From Staphylococcus epidermidis (GTDB lineage: Bacteria > Bacillota_I > Bacilli_A > RFN20 > CAG-826): a stretch of DNA of 62,617 bases. The translations under genes and the position numbers were made by a program. Location of the stretch: contig CAMCVC010000001.1 in the NCBI GenBank assembly GCA_945879785.1, positions 1 to 62,617 of the forward strand, in the 5' to 3' direction. Below the pieces are notes generated by a model. That model worked only from the letters and a program-made list of their open reading frames with translations. It did not search any database and was not told where the DNA came from. Positions 1-10,342 of this stretch are shown here, in pieces (position 1 is the stretch's first letter; the number at the start of each line of letters is the position of its first letter).

Positions 1-2
1 AA

Positions 3-737
3 CTAAATAGAAATCAATGAACCAACGATCTCTAAGACAAAGGTATAAATAAACTTTCCTAAGGAAAAGACGTCTTCATTTAAAGCAAGGTCACCGGTAA
101 TGAAATCATTGATGCCGGGAACCACAAAGGTTAAAGGAATGACAATCAGTAAAGCAATCGCGACCAACACAGCCGCTCGTCCTAGACCTAAACCTACCCC
201 CAGCAAAGAATCCACGAACTTAATTGCCTTCACATCCTTGGACAATTTAACCAGTTGGCTTCCCACTATTGCTAACAACAACCAAGCAATCAGAAAGGTT
301 CCTAGATAACTAATGATTAAAATAATAAAATAGGCTGAAGCGGTGGCCAATGCTTCCCCCAGTGTTCCGTTGAATGTGATTAAGATATCAGCAAGAGGAG
401 CTGCTAAAAAACCAGGTAAACCAATTTGAGTTAACCCATCGGTTAAATACCCAAGTGCGCCTGGTTGGCTATTATCTATCACCGTGTCATATAAAGCGTT
501 GCCGGTGAAAATGGAATCATTAAGGTTAGTGAAAAGTAAAGTATATAAAGGGGTGGTTACCAAAAAATCTTCAACCAAGTTGGCTAGCAAATAAGCTAGA
601 ACAATCGCTCCAATAAAAGAACCAAGACCCACCACTTCCTTTAAAAAGCCGTTTTTAAATCCGGAAATAGCAAATAATAAACTAAAGACGATTAAGCTGA
701 TGTCGATGATACCGAAATGGAAACCTGCTAGTGTCAT
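3..737 (-). CDS. cvpA: CvpA family membrane protein
   Basis: 244-aa ORF. ATG at 737 is preceded by GGGAGA. Several hydrophobic helices. N-terminus GIIDISLIVFSLLFAISGFKNGFLKEV is typical of the CvpA family. Confidence 0.75.
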   Translation of the reverse strand: MTLAGFHFGIIDISLIVFSLLFAISGFKNGFLKEVVGLGSFIGAIVLAYLLANLVEDFLVTTPLYTLLFTNLNDSIFTGNALYDTVIDNSQPGALGYLTDGLTQIGLPGFLAAPLADILITFNGTLGEALATASAYFIILIISYLGTFLIAWLLLAIVGSQLVKLSKDVKAIKFVDSLLGVGLGLGRAAVLVAIALLIVIPLTFVVPGINDFITGDLALNEDVFSLGKFIYTFVLEIVGSLISI

Positions 738-844
738 GGTTTTTCTCCCACATTATTATAAATCAAATGTTGGTGTTAGCGATGGCAAAAAAAACGATTA
801 TCAAATATAAGCGTATGTTTAGGATTAATTGATAAAATAAACCT

Positions 845-1930
845 ATGAACTGGATTGTGTTAACTATCGCCTTGATTTTTAACGCGGCTGGTTTGTTTTT
901 ATTGTGGCGCGTTCCTACCTTTAAGAACCAACCCCTAAAAACCAAATTAAATGTTTCGATTATTATTCCTGCAAGAAACGAAGCCAAAAGAATGATCCCG
1001 CTTTTAACATCGATTCAAGAACAGAAAAGCATCATCCATGAATGGATTGTGGTTGATGACCACTCCACAGATGAAACAGCTACCATTGCTAAATCGTTTG
1101 GTGCAAAGGTCATCACCGCAGAAGCGTTACCACGTGGGTGGTTTGGCAAGCCTTGGGCGTGTTATCAAGGAGCAAAAGCTGCACAAGGTGAGGTTTATAT
1201 GTTTCTAGATGCAGACACCGTGTTTATGCCTAAGGGGCTAGAAAAGATCCTTGCGTCCTTTGAAGACGATCAAACACCTTTATCAGTTCAACCGTATCAT
1301 TTGATGAAAAAAAGCTATGAAGAATTGAGTTTATTCTTTAATTTAATTGTGATGATGACCACGGGTTTATTTACCCCAAGAGGCTCATCGATCAAGGCGA
1401 GTTCTTTTTTTGGACCTTGCCAAGTGATTGCTAAAAAGGATTATTGGCAAGTGGATGGACACGCGGTTGCTAAACATGCCATCCTAGAAGACATTGCCCT
1501 AGGGAATGCGTTACAAGAAAAAACTGGGCAACGCATTCGTGCGATGGCGGGCCGTGGCGCGATTGCCTTTCAAATGTATCCTGAAGGCATAACATCATTG
1601 ATTGAAGGTTGGACGAAAAATTTTGCCACGGGTGCAGGGTTAATTCCTGGTTGGATGTTGGCAACTGTCAGCTTATGGATTACCGGCATGTTTATTGCCT
1701 TCCTGAGTGGGATTGCTCCATTCATGTGGGAAGGTCAGGCTTACTTGATTGGTTATGTTCTCATTGGTGTGGACACATATTTACTCGCAAGAAAAGTTGG
1801 CCGTTTTTCCATCCTCACCATCGTGACGTATCCGATTCAGCTCATTTTCTTTGTTTGGCTATTTGCCCGATCATCTTCCCGTTCAAAGAAGAAAAAAGTA
1901 ACTTGGAAAGGACGTGACCTCGATTTATGA
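845..1930 (+). CDS. crtQ: Family 2 glycosyltransferase, CrtQ-like (4,4'-diaponeurosporenoate glycosyltransferase)
   Basis: 361-aa ORF with GT2 motifs IIIPARNE, VVDDHSTDET and LDADT. LSVQPYH, EGWTKNFATGAG and C-terminal WKGR match my recollection of S. aureus CrtQ. Its stop overlaps the next ATG (ATGA). Confidence 0.7.
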   Translation: MNWIVLTIALIFNAAGLFLLWRVPTFKNQPLKTKLNVSIIIPARNEAKRMIPLLTSIQEQKSIIHEWIVVDDHSTDETATIAKSFGAKVITAEALPRGWFGKPWACYQGAKAAQGEVYMFLDADTVFMPKGLEKILASFEDDQTPLSVQPYHLMKKSYEELSLFFNLIVMMTTGLFTPRGSSIKASSFFGPCQVIAKKDYWQVDGHAVAKHAILEDIALGNALQEKTGQRIRAMAGRGAIAFQMYPEGITSLIEGWTKNFATGAGLIPGWMLATVSLWITGMFIAFLSGIAPFMWEGQAYLIGYVLIGVDTYLLARKVGRFSILTIVTYPIQLIFFVWLFARSSSRSKKKKVTWKGRDLDL

Positions 1931-2415
1931 ATCCATTCCCACTAATTCCAGTTCCTGACTGGTTGATGCTTGGTTTAAATATTATTCTTTGGCCCATCTA
2001 TCATCTAGGTATTTCAAAAATTACCCTGCACACCCCAGACAAAAAGTTCAAGCAAGATTCGTGGTTATATCGTACCCGCAAGTTTGAAAACGATGGGCGA
2101 TTCTATGAACAAGTCTTAAAGATTCGAACATGGAAAAAAATCATCCCTGATGGGGCGACGATCTTTAACGAAGGGTTTAAGAAGAAAAATTTAAAAGGAA
2201 CCCAAAATGATTACATTCGTCAATTTATTGAAGAAACTCGCCGAGCGGAATATTCACATCTTCTCCAGATGATTCCTTGTGTGACGTTCTTTATCTTTAA
2301 TGACTTTTGGATTGCGATGATCATGGTCGCCTATGCGTTGATCTTTAACTTACCGCTGATTTGGTTACAACGTTATAACCGCATCCGCTTCCAACGAATT
2401 ATTAAGAAACTTTAG
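1927..2415 (+). CDS. crtO: CrtO-like membrane acyltransferase (glycosyl-4,4'-diaponeurosporenoate acyltransferase)
   Basis: 162-aa membrane ORF. ETRRAEYSHL...NLPLIWLQRYNRIRF parallels S. aureus CrtO (ETKRAE...QRYNRPR). Translationally coupled to crtQ. Confidence 0.65.
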   Translation: MNPFPLIPVPDWLMLGLNIILWPIYHLGISKITLHTPDKKFKQDSWLYRTRKFENDGRFYEQVLKIRTWKKIIPDGATIFNEGFKKKNLKGTQNDYIRQFIEETRRAEYSHLLQMIPCVTFFIFNDFWIAMIMVAYALIFNLPLIWLQRYNRIRFQRIIKKL

Positions 2416-3898
2416 GTTTTTCGTTGTTAAGAATTTGTTCAACGACTTGTTGACCACTTAAGACCACCATTGGCATGCCGCCACCGGGGTTAACAGAACC
2501 ACCAACAAAGTAAACGTTATCATAAAGTTTTGATCGCTTAGGGATTTTAAAACCCATGTTTTTATTTTTGCTAGCGACAATCCCATAGATTGAACCACGG
2601 TTCGAATAATACATATCTTGGATGGTTTCCGGTGTCCATAATTCTTCAACGACAATATGTTTTCTTAAATCCGTTAAACCCATGCGTTCGAGTTTGATTA
2701 AAATATTTTCTCTAAACGTTGCATAGTCTTGTTTGGTGAATGGCCGTTTAGGATCAAGATAAGGAATATGCGGGAGAATCTTAATGATGTCTCCACCTTT
2801 TGGACCTTGGGAAGGATCGGTGCGCATCGGTGCGACTAAGTAAATCGTTGGATCCTCATTGAGTTTGTGTTTATGGAAAATATTCTTGAAATTCTTTTTC
2901 GAGTTTGCTGAATAGAAAAAATTGTGATGGGCGAGTTGCGGATAGACTTTGTCCGTTCCTAAATGGAGAGCAAAACCAGAACACGCGGGTTCAAATTTAC
3001 GTTGGTATTTGGCAATGAGACCTTTGGATTCTTTGGTAATTTTTTCATAAAAAGGAATTGCTTCCATGTTGGAGACAATCAAATCTGCTTGGATGGTTTC
3101 GCCGTTACTAAGTTTGATGGCGTTAATATGACGTGTCCCTTTTTCAACCGAGACCACTTCGGTTTTGGTTCTTACCTTGATTTGTGGGAGTTCTTGAATG
3201 AGTTTGACCATGCCTTTAGAAATGTTGAACATGCCACCTTTGACGTACCATAAATCATATTTCCATTGGATATAAGGTAATAAGTTCATCAAGGCAGGCG
3301 CGTCATAAGGCGACGATCCTACATACTTAATAAAGTAGTTGATGATATCAATCAGGTATGGGTTTTTGATATACCGACGAACCCCTTGGTCCATCGTGGC
3401 AAAGTAATCCATGTTTGAAAAAATACTGACTGATGGTTTAAACCGCATCGCTTCCCAAGTGTTTTCTAATTGGTTATCAAAGGCGACCATCGCGGAGACA
3501 CCATAGATTTTTTCTGTATAGGCGTAGTAGTTTTTTAGATCTTCTAAATCAGCTTTCGTCAGTTGTTTGTTGATGAGCATGTCATCAATCTTGTGGGTTA
3601 AATCAATGATGTTGCCGTCTTCAAAAAAGTTTCGCCAGTGAGGACGAACAGGTTGTATTTGAATATAATCCGACATCTTTTTATGATGCTTGGCAAAAAG
3701 TGCTTCAAAGATATGTGGCATGGTGAGAATGGATGGACCTAAATCAAAGGAGAACCCTTTGACATCTTTGACATTTAATTTTCCACCCAGATGGGCGTTT
3801 TTTTCTATTAAGGTGATGTGGTAGCCAGGAAGTGCTGCCAACGAAATGGCTGCAGATAATCCACCTAGACCGCCACCAATGACGACAACTTTTTTCAT
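2402..3898 (-). CDS. crtP: FAD-dependent carotenoid oxidase/desaturase, CrtP-like (4,4'-diaponeurosporene oxygenase)
   Basis: 498-aa ORF. N-terminal Rossmann motif VVVIGGGLGGLSAA. FDLGPSILTMP, FIKYVGSSPYDAPA, LERMGLTDLRKHI and GGSVNPGGGMPMVVLSGQQV resemble CrtP more than CrtN. SD is GAGG. Confidence 0.7.
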   Translation of the reverse strand: MKKVVVIGGGLGGLSAAISLAALPGYHITLIEKNAHLGGKLNVKDVKGFSFDLGPSILTMPHIFEALFAKHHKKMSDYIQIQPVRPHWRNFFEDGNIIDLTHKIDDMLINKQLTKADLEDLKNYYAYTEKIYGVSAMVAFDNQLENTWEAMRFKPSVSIFSNMDYFATMDQGVRRYIKNPYLIDIINYFIKYVGSSPYDAPALMNLLPYIQWKYDLWYVKGGMFNISKGMVKLIQELPQIKVRTKTEVVSVEKGTRHINAIKLSNGETIQADLIVSNMEAIPFYEKITKESKGLIAKYQRKFEPACSGFALHLGTDKVYPQLAHHNFFYSANSKKNFKNIFHKHKLNEDPTIYLVAPMRTDPSQGPKGGDIIKILPHIPYLDPKRPFTKQDYATFRENILIKLERMGLTDLRKHIVVEELWTPETIQDMYYSNRGSIYGIVASKNKNMGFKIPKRSKLYDNVYFVGGSVNPGGGMPMVVLSGQQVVEQILNNEKPKVS

Positions 3899-3984
3899 AC
3901 GCTACCTCAATGCACCTATTATAGTATTAAACCCACCCGTAGGGAAATCCTACACGATGACTATTTTTATTTATAATAGAGAGG

Positions 3985-5037
3985 ATGCAAATCAAACGTC
4001 TTGAAACTTGGTTTCTTAACCACCAACGCAGTCTTCCTTTTCGCCAACACCCAACCCCATATGGCATTTGGGTGAGTGAAGTGATGTTGCAACAAACCCA
4101 AATGGAAACCGTGCTTCGTTATTATCCTTCGTTTATGAAACGATTTCCTACCATTCATTCCTTAGCAAAAGCGACACAAGAACAAGTGTTAACCGAAGTC
4201 CAAGGACTTGGGTATTACCGACGATTTCGTTTGTTACACCAAGGGGCACAATATATTGTAGAAACACATCACGGTGAATTTCCTCATCAATATGAAGATG
4301 TGATCAACATCCCGGGGGTTGGAGCGTACACCGCGGGGGCGATCATGGCCATTGCCTTTCATCAACCTTATCCTGCAACCGATGGGAATGTCATTCGCGT
4401 CCTCAGTCGGTTTTATGGAAAAAAAGAAGACATGCGTTTAGGTCGTTCAAGAAAAGTCATCGATGACCTTCATGGGCAATTGGTTAAACAAGCAAATCCA
4501 AACCTTTATATTCAAGCGGTGATGGAACTTGGGGCGTTGGTCTGTCGACCAGTTCAACCTCGGTGTGACGTCTGTCCATTACAATCATCCTGTGTTGCCT
4601 ATCAAACCAAGCAAACCGACGTGATTCCTTTCTTGAGTAAGATTAAAAAAACCAAGACAAGGGAATGGCAAACGTTGGTGATGGTGAAAGACAGCCATGT
4701 GCTGATGATTAAAAACAAAGCAGAACTATTAAAAGATATGTACTTACTCCCCCAATGGGAAGCGTCGATGGATGTTGTGGAAGACCTTTTAAACACAAGC
4801 CAAGTCAAATCAACCTCATGGTTGAAGATAAAAACGTATCAACATGTGTTCACGCATCAAACATGGTTCATGGATGTTTACCAATTGAAGGTCAAACAAG
4901 GAACGTTGAATCAAGGGGTTTGGATTCACCAAGACGAACTTAGCAACATTCCAATTCCCGAAGCCCATCAAAAGATTATTCGTGATATCTTTCCCCAATA
5001 TCAGAAGGCAAAGCTTTATAATAAGAAAGAGGATTAA
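3985..5037 (+). CDS. mutY: A/G-specific adenine DNA glycosylase
   Basis: 350-aa ORF. HhH-GPD motifs WVSEVMLQQTQ and GLGYYRRFR. 4Fe-4S cluster motif CRPVQPRCDVCPLQSSC. C-terminal NUDIX-like domain. Confidence 0.9.
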   Translation: MQIKRLETWFLNHQRSLPFRQHPTPYGIWVSEVMLQQTQMETVLRYYPSFMKRFPTIHSLAKATQEQVLTEVQGLGYYRRFRLLHQGAQYIVETHHGEFPHQYEDVINIPGVGAYTAGAIMAIAFHQPYPATDGNVIRVLSRFYGKKEDMRLGRSRKVIDDLHGQLVKQANPNLYIQAVMELGALVCRPVQPRCDVCPLQSSCVAYQTKQTDVIPFLSKIKKTKTREWQTLVMVKDSHVLMIKNKAELLKDMYLLPQWEASMDVVEDLLNTSQVKSTSWLKIKTYQHVFTHQTWFMDVYQLKVKQGTLNQGVWIHQDELSNIPIPEAHQKIIRDIFPQYQKAKLYNKKED

Positions 5038-5039
5038 TC

Positions 5040-5516
5040 ATGAATCTATATCAATTTACTGCCAAAGATTATCAAGGAAAGCCTGTTGAACTTAGTCGAT
5101 ACCAAGGAAAAGTGGTGTTGGTTGTGAACACGGCGATTCACTGTGGTTTAGCCCCACAATACAAAGGCTTAGAAAAGTTATACCAACAATATCAAAAACA
5201 AGGATTTGAAATTCTCGATTTTCCTTGCAATCAATTTGCAGATCAATCACCAGAAAGTGATGAACAAACCGCGTTTATTTGTGAAACCAAACTAAAGAAT
5301 TCATTTAGACCTTTTGCAAAAATAGAAGTCAATGGACGTAATACTCACCCATTATTTCAATGGTTGAAGAAGAGCACATTTAATCTATTTGGTTCTCAAA
5401 TCAAATGGAATTTTACCAAGTTCCTCATTACCAAAGAGGGAAAAGTCTATCGGCGATACGGGCCACCTGTCTTACCAGAATCCATCACCAAAGACATTGA
5501 AAAATTATTAAAGTAA
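5040..5516 (+). CDS. gpx: Glutathione peroxidase family protein
   Basis: 158-aa ORF. VNTAIHCGLAPQY (catalytic Cys), FPCNQF and KWNFTKFL are classic GPx motifs. Confidence 0.9.
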   Translation: MNLYQFTAKDYQGKPVELSRYQGKVVLVVNTAIHCGLAPQYKGLEKLYQQYQKQGFEILDFPCNQFADQSPESDEQTAFICETKLKNSFRPFAKIEVNGRNTHPLFQWLKKSTFNLFGSQIKWNFTKFLITKEGKVYRRYGPPVLPESITKDIEKLLK

Positions 5517-5518
5517 CT

Positions 5519-6223
5519 ATGCTGATTATCAACCACGCGAGTAAGTCTTATGATAAAAAGAAGTTAGCGTTAGATGATGTTTCTATTACCATCCAACCAG
5601 GCGATCTTTACGGGTTTGTTGGTCACAACGGGGCGGGGAAAACCACGTTACTTAAAGCGATTGCAGGGATTCATCAACTTGATCAAGGATCGATTACCTT
5701 TCAAGGATTGGACGTCAGTAAAAACGCACTGTCGTATAAACAACATCTAGCGTATGTCCCCGATCACCCAGACCTTTATGAACAATTAAGTGGTCGACAA
5801 TACATGGATTTTATCGCCGATGTCTTTAAGGTTTCCCTAATGGAAAGACAAATCATCATCGATCAGTATGGTGCAAGTTTTGAGATGACCCCTTTTTTAA
5901 AGCAACCGATTAGTACTTATTCTCACGGGATGAAACAAAAAACAGCGTTGATTGCAGCTCTTATTCACAAGCCCAAATTACTTCTATTGGATGAACCCTT
6001 TGTTGGTCTTGATCCCAAAGCAAGTTATGTCCTCAAAGAAACGTTCAAACAAATGACCCAAGCGGGGATGAGTATTTTCTTTTCTAGCCATGTGTTGGAA
6101 GTGGTTGAAAAACTCACCAACAAGATTGCCATCATTAAACAAGGAAAATTAATTCATAACGGGTTAACCAAAGATGTTCTCGCCAATCAAAATTTAGAAT
6201 CCTTATTCTTGGAGTTAAGCTAA
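5519..6223 (+). CDS. ABC transporter ATP-binding protein
   Basis: 234 aa. Walker A GHNGAGKTT, signature-like YSHGMKQK, Walker B LLLLDEP. Confidence 0.85.
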   Translation: MLIINHASKSYDKKKLALDDVSITIQPGDLYGFVGHNGAGKTTLLKAIAGIHQLDQGSITFQGLDVSKNALSYKQHLAYVPDHPDLYEQLSGRQYMDFIADVFKVSLMERQIIIDQYGASFEMTPFLKQPISTYSHGMKQKTALIAALIHKPKLLLLDEPFVGLDPKASYVLKETFKQMTQAGMSIFFSSHVLEVVEKLTNKIAIIKQGKLIHNGLTKDVLANQNLESLFLELS

Positions 6224-7803
6224 TGTATGGGTTGTTACTGAAAACCTTTCTCAAAGAAAGACTAAGCATTCATCGGTTATTCGGTCAAAAAATTGCTCGT
6301 TCAAAAATTCAGTCATTCTTGATGGTTGGATTGTTAATTTACGCGTTTGGGGTTACAGGTTTTTCTTCCATCTTTATTAGTTATGAACTTGGTTTAGGGT
6401 TGCAGGCCATCAATCAACTCTCATCCATGTTATTTAATCTCTATGGCCAATTGGCGTCGCTTGGATTTCTCTTTGGTTTCTTTCAAGCGCAAGGCTATTT
6501 GTTTCAATACAAGGACTTTGATTTATTAGGGACCTTACCCATCTCTCAAAAAGTGATTGTTGCTGCTAAGTTAACGATGATGCTGGTGTTTGTCTATTTG
6601 TTTGCGATGATCATGGTCTTACCTACCTATGGCGTCTGGTGGTATTTTTCTAACCCATCCATCATCCAATTATTTTTATTCATCCCCATGTATTTGGTCA
6701 CACCCATTCCGTTGATGTTATTAGGATCGTTTATCTCTTATGGAATTAGAAAACTAACCCAACGATTGATTCGAGCGAATGTATTGCAAACGATTTTTTC
6801 TGTTCTCTTCATTATTAGCTTTGCGTCATTTAGTTATGGATTCAACCAATGGGTGCCATCATCCATGCTTGTTTGGTTTGAATCCATCGATGTCTTTGGT
6901 GATTGGTTTATTGATGCCATCACGAACTTAGCCCTATTACCATTTCTTGGATTTATGGCGATTCATGGTTTGATTTTATATGGATTTATTTGGTTCATGA
7001 GCCAACCCTTATTAAGCATGAATCAACAACGAACCATTGGGCCTAAGATTGAATACAAAAAAATTCCAATCAAAACGATGAGTATTTATCGGCATTTATT
7101 GGTGAAAGAATGGCATCGATTTATTGGGACATCCATTTATTTTATTAACACGGGATTTGGTTTGGTGATGTTATTGGCAGCAACGCTTGTTGCGTTTTTT
7201 TTCCCGATTCTTATGGGTGATCTCAATCGCACTTTAACCCTGATGGGCATTCACCCTATTTGGTTGATTTTTGCTGTGGTTGGTTTTTCTTTGTCGACTG
7301 TCTACACCCCAGCGGTCAGTTTATCCCTTGAAGGAAAGAATTTGGCAATGCTAAAGACCCTTCCGATTCCCGCTTTAACCATCTTTAAAGCAAAGATTGG
7401 TTTTAATTTATGGTTAACTTTACCGGTGGTTTTGTTGACCACCCTGATTGCCTTGACGATCTTTTCATTAACATGGATTGAAGCGATGCTTGCTCTGGTG
7501 ATGTTGATGTTGTTGGCCATCTTGTTATCGATATTCTATTTGTACCTAAATTTATTCTTTCCGCGGTTTGATTATCATCATGAAGTTGAAGTGGTCAAAC
7601 AAAGCCTTGCAGCATTGCTCGCCGTCTTTGGTGGATTTGCGTGGATGGGTTTATGTCTATGGTTGGTGTTCTTTCCTCTTGCAACATTGACACCATCGTT
7701 GCAAATGATGTCAGTGATTTTATTAGAAGGGCTTGTGATTGGTGTCATGTCAGTGATTCTAATTCGGCGCTCTGATTATTTCTATAATCAATTAACCGTT
7801 TAA
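6223..7803 (+). CDS. Polytopic ABC exporter permease-like membrane protein
   Basis: 526-aa ORF with 10 or more hydrophobic helices. Its start overlaps the stop of the upstream ATPase (TAATG). No specific motif recognised. Confidence 0.6.
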   Translation: MYGLLLKTFLKERLSIHRLFGQKIARSKIQSFLMVGLLIYAFGVTGFSSIFISYELGLGLQAINQLSSMLFNLYGQLASLGFLFGFFQAQGYLFQYKDFDLLGTLPISQKVIVAAKLTMMLVFVYLFAMIMVLPTYGVWWYFSNPSIIQLFLFIPMYLVTPIPLMLLGSFISYGIRKLTQRLIRANVLQTIFSVLFIISFASFSYGFNQWVPSSMLVWFESIDVFGDWFIDAITNLALLPFLGFMAIHGLILYGFIWFMSQPLLSMNQQRTIGPKIEYKKIPIKTMSIYRHLLVKEWHRFIGTSIYFINTGFGLVMLLAATLVAFFFPILMGDLNRTLTLMGIHPIWLIFAVVGFSLSTVYTPAVSLSLEGKNLAMLKTLPIPALTIFKAKIGFNLWLTLPVVLLTTLIALTIFSLTWIEAMLALVMLMLLAILLSIFYLYLNLFFPRFDYHHEVEVVKQSLAALLAVFGGFAWMGLCLWLVFFPLATLTPSLQMMSVILLEGLVIGVMSVILIRRSDYFYNQLTV

Positions 7804-7813
7804 AGGAGAGAAT

Positions 7814-8746
7814 ATGAAAACCATCATTTCCCACGACGTTGAAGAAGCCCTGCGAAAAGGGTTGCCTGTGGTTGCTTTAGAAAGTACGATCATTAGTCAT
7901 GGGATGCCTTATCCTGAGAACTTATCTACGGCGATGGCGGTAGAAAAAGTTGTCATCGATGCTGGAGCAACGCCTGCCACCATTGCCATTTTAGATGGGG
8001 TGATTCACATTGGTTTAAGTCAAACCACCCTGACCCAATTTGCCCAATCCAAACACATTCGTAAAGTTTCTCAACGTGATTTAGCGTATGTCTTGACTCA
8101 ACGTTTATCAGGTGGAACCACGGTTGCCACGACCATGTATTTAGCATCGCTACACGGGATTAAGATATTTGCCACAGGTGGGATTGGTGGGGTTCATCGC
8201 GGGGCAGAAACCTCGTTCGATATTTCTGCTGACTTAGAAGCGTTTGCCACCACCCCAGTCACGGTTGTATCTGCAGGTGCAAAAGCAATTTTAGATTTAC
8301 CCAAAACGTTAGAGTATTTAGAAACCATGGGTGTGCCCGTGGTTGGATATCAAACCGATGATTTCCCTGCTTTTTATCATTCCAAGAGTGGATTGAAGTT
8401 ATCGTTGAGATTAGACAGTCCTCAAGCCGTGGCTGAGTTAATGAATCATCAAGAGGCCCTAAAGTTAACCCAAGGAATTCTCGTTGCCAACCCTATCCCT
8501 GTTGCCTTTGAAATGGATGCAAGGGTGATCCAGCAAGCAATTCATACCGCCATCAAAGAAGCAGACGAGCAACATGTCAAAGGTGCAGCGTTAACGCCAT
8601 TTTTATTAGCAAGAGTGAAGACCTTAACTGGCGGAGACTCCTTGGTGAGCAATATCGCTTTGGTTAAACACAATGCAAAAGTTGCCGCAGAGATTGCGGT
8701 TCAACACCATCGACTTAATGCTTCGCGTGGTCAATCTCTGAAATAA
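7814..8746 (+). CDS. psuG: Pseudouridine-5'-phosphate glycosidase
   Basis: 310 aa. GLPVVALESTIISHGMPYPEN and ATGGIGGVHRG are typical of the PsuG/IndA family. SD is AGGAGAG. Confidence 0.85.
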   Translation: MKTIISHDVEEALRKGLPVVALESTIISHGMPYPENLSTAMAVEKVVIDAGATPATIAILDGVIHIGLSQTTLTQFAQSKHIRKVSQRDLAYVLTQRLSGGTTVATTMYLASLHGIKIFATGGIGGVHRGAETSFDISADLEAFATTPVTVVSAGAKAILDLPKTLEYLETMGVPVVGYQTDDFPAFYHSKSGLKLSLRLDSPQAVAELMNHQEALKLTQGILVANPIPVAFEMDARVIQQAIHTAIKEADEQHVKGAALTPFLLARVKTLTGGDSLVSNIALVKHNAKVAAEIAVQHHRLNASRGQSLK

Positions 8747-9608
8747 TGCTTTGCAGATTCACGTCGTTGAAGGTGTAACGTTCATTGCAAAAATTACAAA
8801 TCACTTCTGCCCCTTTTTGTTTCTCAATCATATCTAACAACTCGGATTTCCCTAATAACTTTAGAGTTTCTGTGGTCCTTTGTTTGGAACAATTGCATTG
8901 AAAACGGATTGATTTTTCATCAAGGAAGGTTAAGGATTCTTTTGGAATGAATTGGCCGAGAATCATTTCTGGGGTCATGCCTTCAACAAGCATCGTTGAA
9001 ATAGGTTTAGCAGCTTTGACCGCTTGTTCTGCTTTGACAAGGGTGGCTTCATCACAACCAGGAAGCGCTTGAATTAAATACCCACCACTCGCGGCAATGG
9101 ATCCATCTGGGTTGACCAAGACACCGAGGGCTAATGCTGAGGGAATTTGTTCTGAGTTCACTAAGTAGGACGCTAAGTCTTCAGCAATCTCACCACTGAC
9201 AATTGGGGTTTGTCCTGTGAATTTAAATTCAGTGCCAAAACTTTTAATCACCGCGACCATCCCGTTTTTACCAACCGCTCGGGCGACATCAAGTTTTCCT
9301 TTTTCGTTAGCAGGGAAGTGAACTTGACCATGATGGAGATACCCGCGCACCTCACCATGAGCATTCGCGTCGACAACAATTTCTCCAATCGGTCCATCAC
9401 CTGCGATACGAATCGTATATTTCTCGTCACCTTTTAAGTTACTTGCAAACAAAATACCTGCGGTTAACGTTCTTCCTAATGCCGCACTTGCGGTCGGTAA
9501 GGTTTGATGGCGTCGGCAACCTTCTTGGGTAAGAATGGTGGAACGAGCAGCAAGCACTCGCATCTTGCCACCAAAGGCAATGGCAGAAACTAAATAATCA
9601 TTTTTCAT
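8715..9608 (-). CDS. hslO: Hsp33 family redox-regulated chaperone
   Basis: 297 aa. C-terminal zinc centre CNCS...CNFC. N-terminal body GKMRVLAARST is Hsp33-like. Confidence 0.9.
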   Translation of the reverse strand: MKNDYLVSAIAFGGKMRVLAARSTILTQEGCRRHQTLPTASAALGRTLTAGILFASNLKGDEKYTIRIAGDGPIGEIVVDANAHGEVRGYLHHGQVHFPANEKGKLDVARAVGKNGMVAVIKSFGTEFKFTGQTPIVSGEIAEDLASYLVNSEQIPSALALGVLVNPDGSIAASGGYLIQALPGCDEATLVKAEQAVKAAKPISTMLVEGMTPEMILGQFIPKESLTFLDEKSIRFQCNCSKQRTTETLKLLGKSELLDMIEKQKGAEVICNFCNERYTFNDVNLQSIISEIDHAKH

Positions 9609-9709
9609 GAATCTAATCTTACCAAATTAATGCGTACAAGAGAAAGGTTCAGCAACATTTACAATCAAAGATTGTTTAACATATTACAATAGATAAAAAG
9701 GAAAACTTC

Positions 9710-10342
9710 ATGAACAAGAACACAACATCTGTCCATCATCCCTTAATTGAACATAAAATGAGCCTGCTTCGCGATCAACAAACCCAATCGAATTATTTTC
9801 GGACGCTGGTTAAGGAAATCACGCAATTGATTGTCTTCCCTGCGACGCAACATCTTTCCCTTCAAGACAAGAAAATCAAGACGCCTGTGGATGCCATGGT
9901 TGCGTCAGAAGTTAAGAATGAGGTGCTGGTGGTTCCCATCATGCGAGCAGGCTTGGGGATGTTGGATGGATTTACCGATATGATTCCCCATGCCAAAGTT
10001 GGTCATATGGGTTTTGTGCGAGACGAAAAAACATTAAAGGCTTCCGCATATTTGGTGAAGTTACCCAAGATTGATGCTTCTACGGAAGTGTTCATCCTTG
10101 ATCCGATGTTAGCCACTGGAGGAACATTAATTCAAGCGATTGATTTGATTAAGAAAAAAGGTGGGAAGCGAATCACGTATCTTGGATTGGTTGGCGTCCA
10201 ATCAGGAATTGATTTGGTTTTGAAAGCTCACCCTTCTGTAAACATATTTTTAGCGGCAATCGATAAACAATTAAATGAAAAAGGTTACATCACGCCTGGA
10301 TTAGGCGATGCTGGTGATCGTTTATTTGGCCAAGAAGGTTAA
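9710..10342 (+). CDS. upp: Uracil phosphoribosyltransferase
   Basis: 210 aa. VPIMRAGLGM, PRPP loop ILDPMLATGGT and C-terminal YITPGLGDAGDRLFG. Confidence 0.9.
   Translation: MNKNTTSVHHPLIEHKMSLLRDQQTQSNYFRTLVKEITQLIVFPATQHLSLQDKKIKTPVDAMVASEVKNEVLVVPIMRAGLGMLDGFTDMIPHAKVGHMGFVRDEKTLKASAYLVKLPKIDASTEVFILDPMLATGGTLIQAIDLIKKKGGKRITYLGLVGVQSGIDLVLKAHPSVNIFLAAIDKQLNEKGYITPGLGDAGDRLFGQEG

Noticed and set aside
763-987. 74-aa minus-strand ORF overlapping the crtQ start
   Set aside because: It overlaps the crtQ 5' region in antisense. It is AT-rich and hydrophobic by chance and has no SD.
9609-9709. PyrR-type attenuator upstream of upp
   Set aside because: AGAGAAAGG only loosely resembles the PyrR binding loop. 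I could find no terminator/antiterminator pair.
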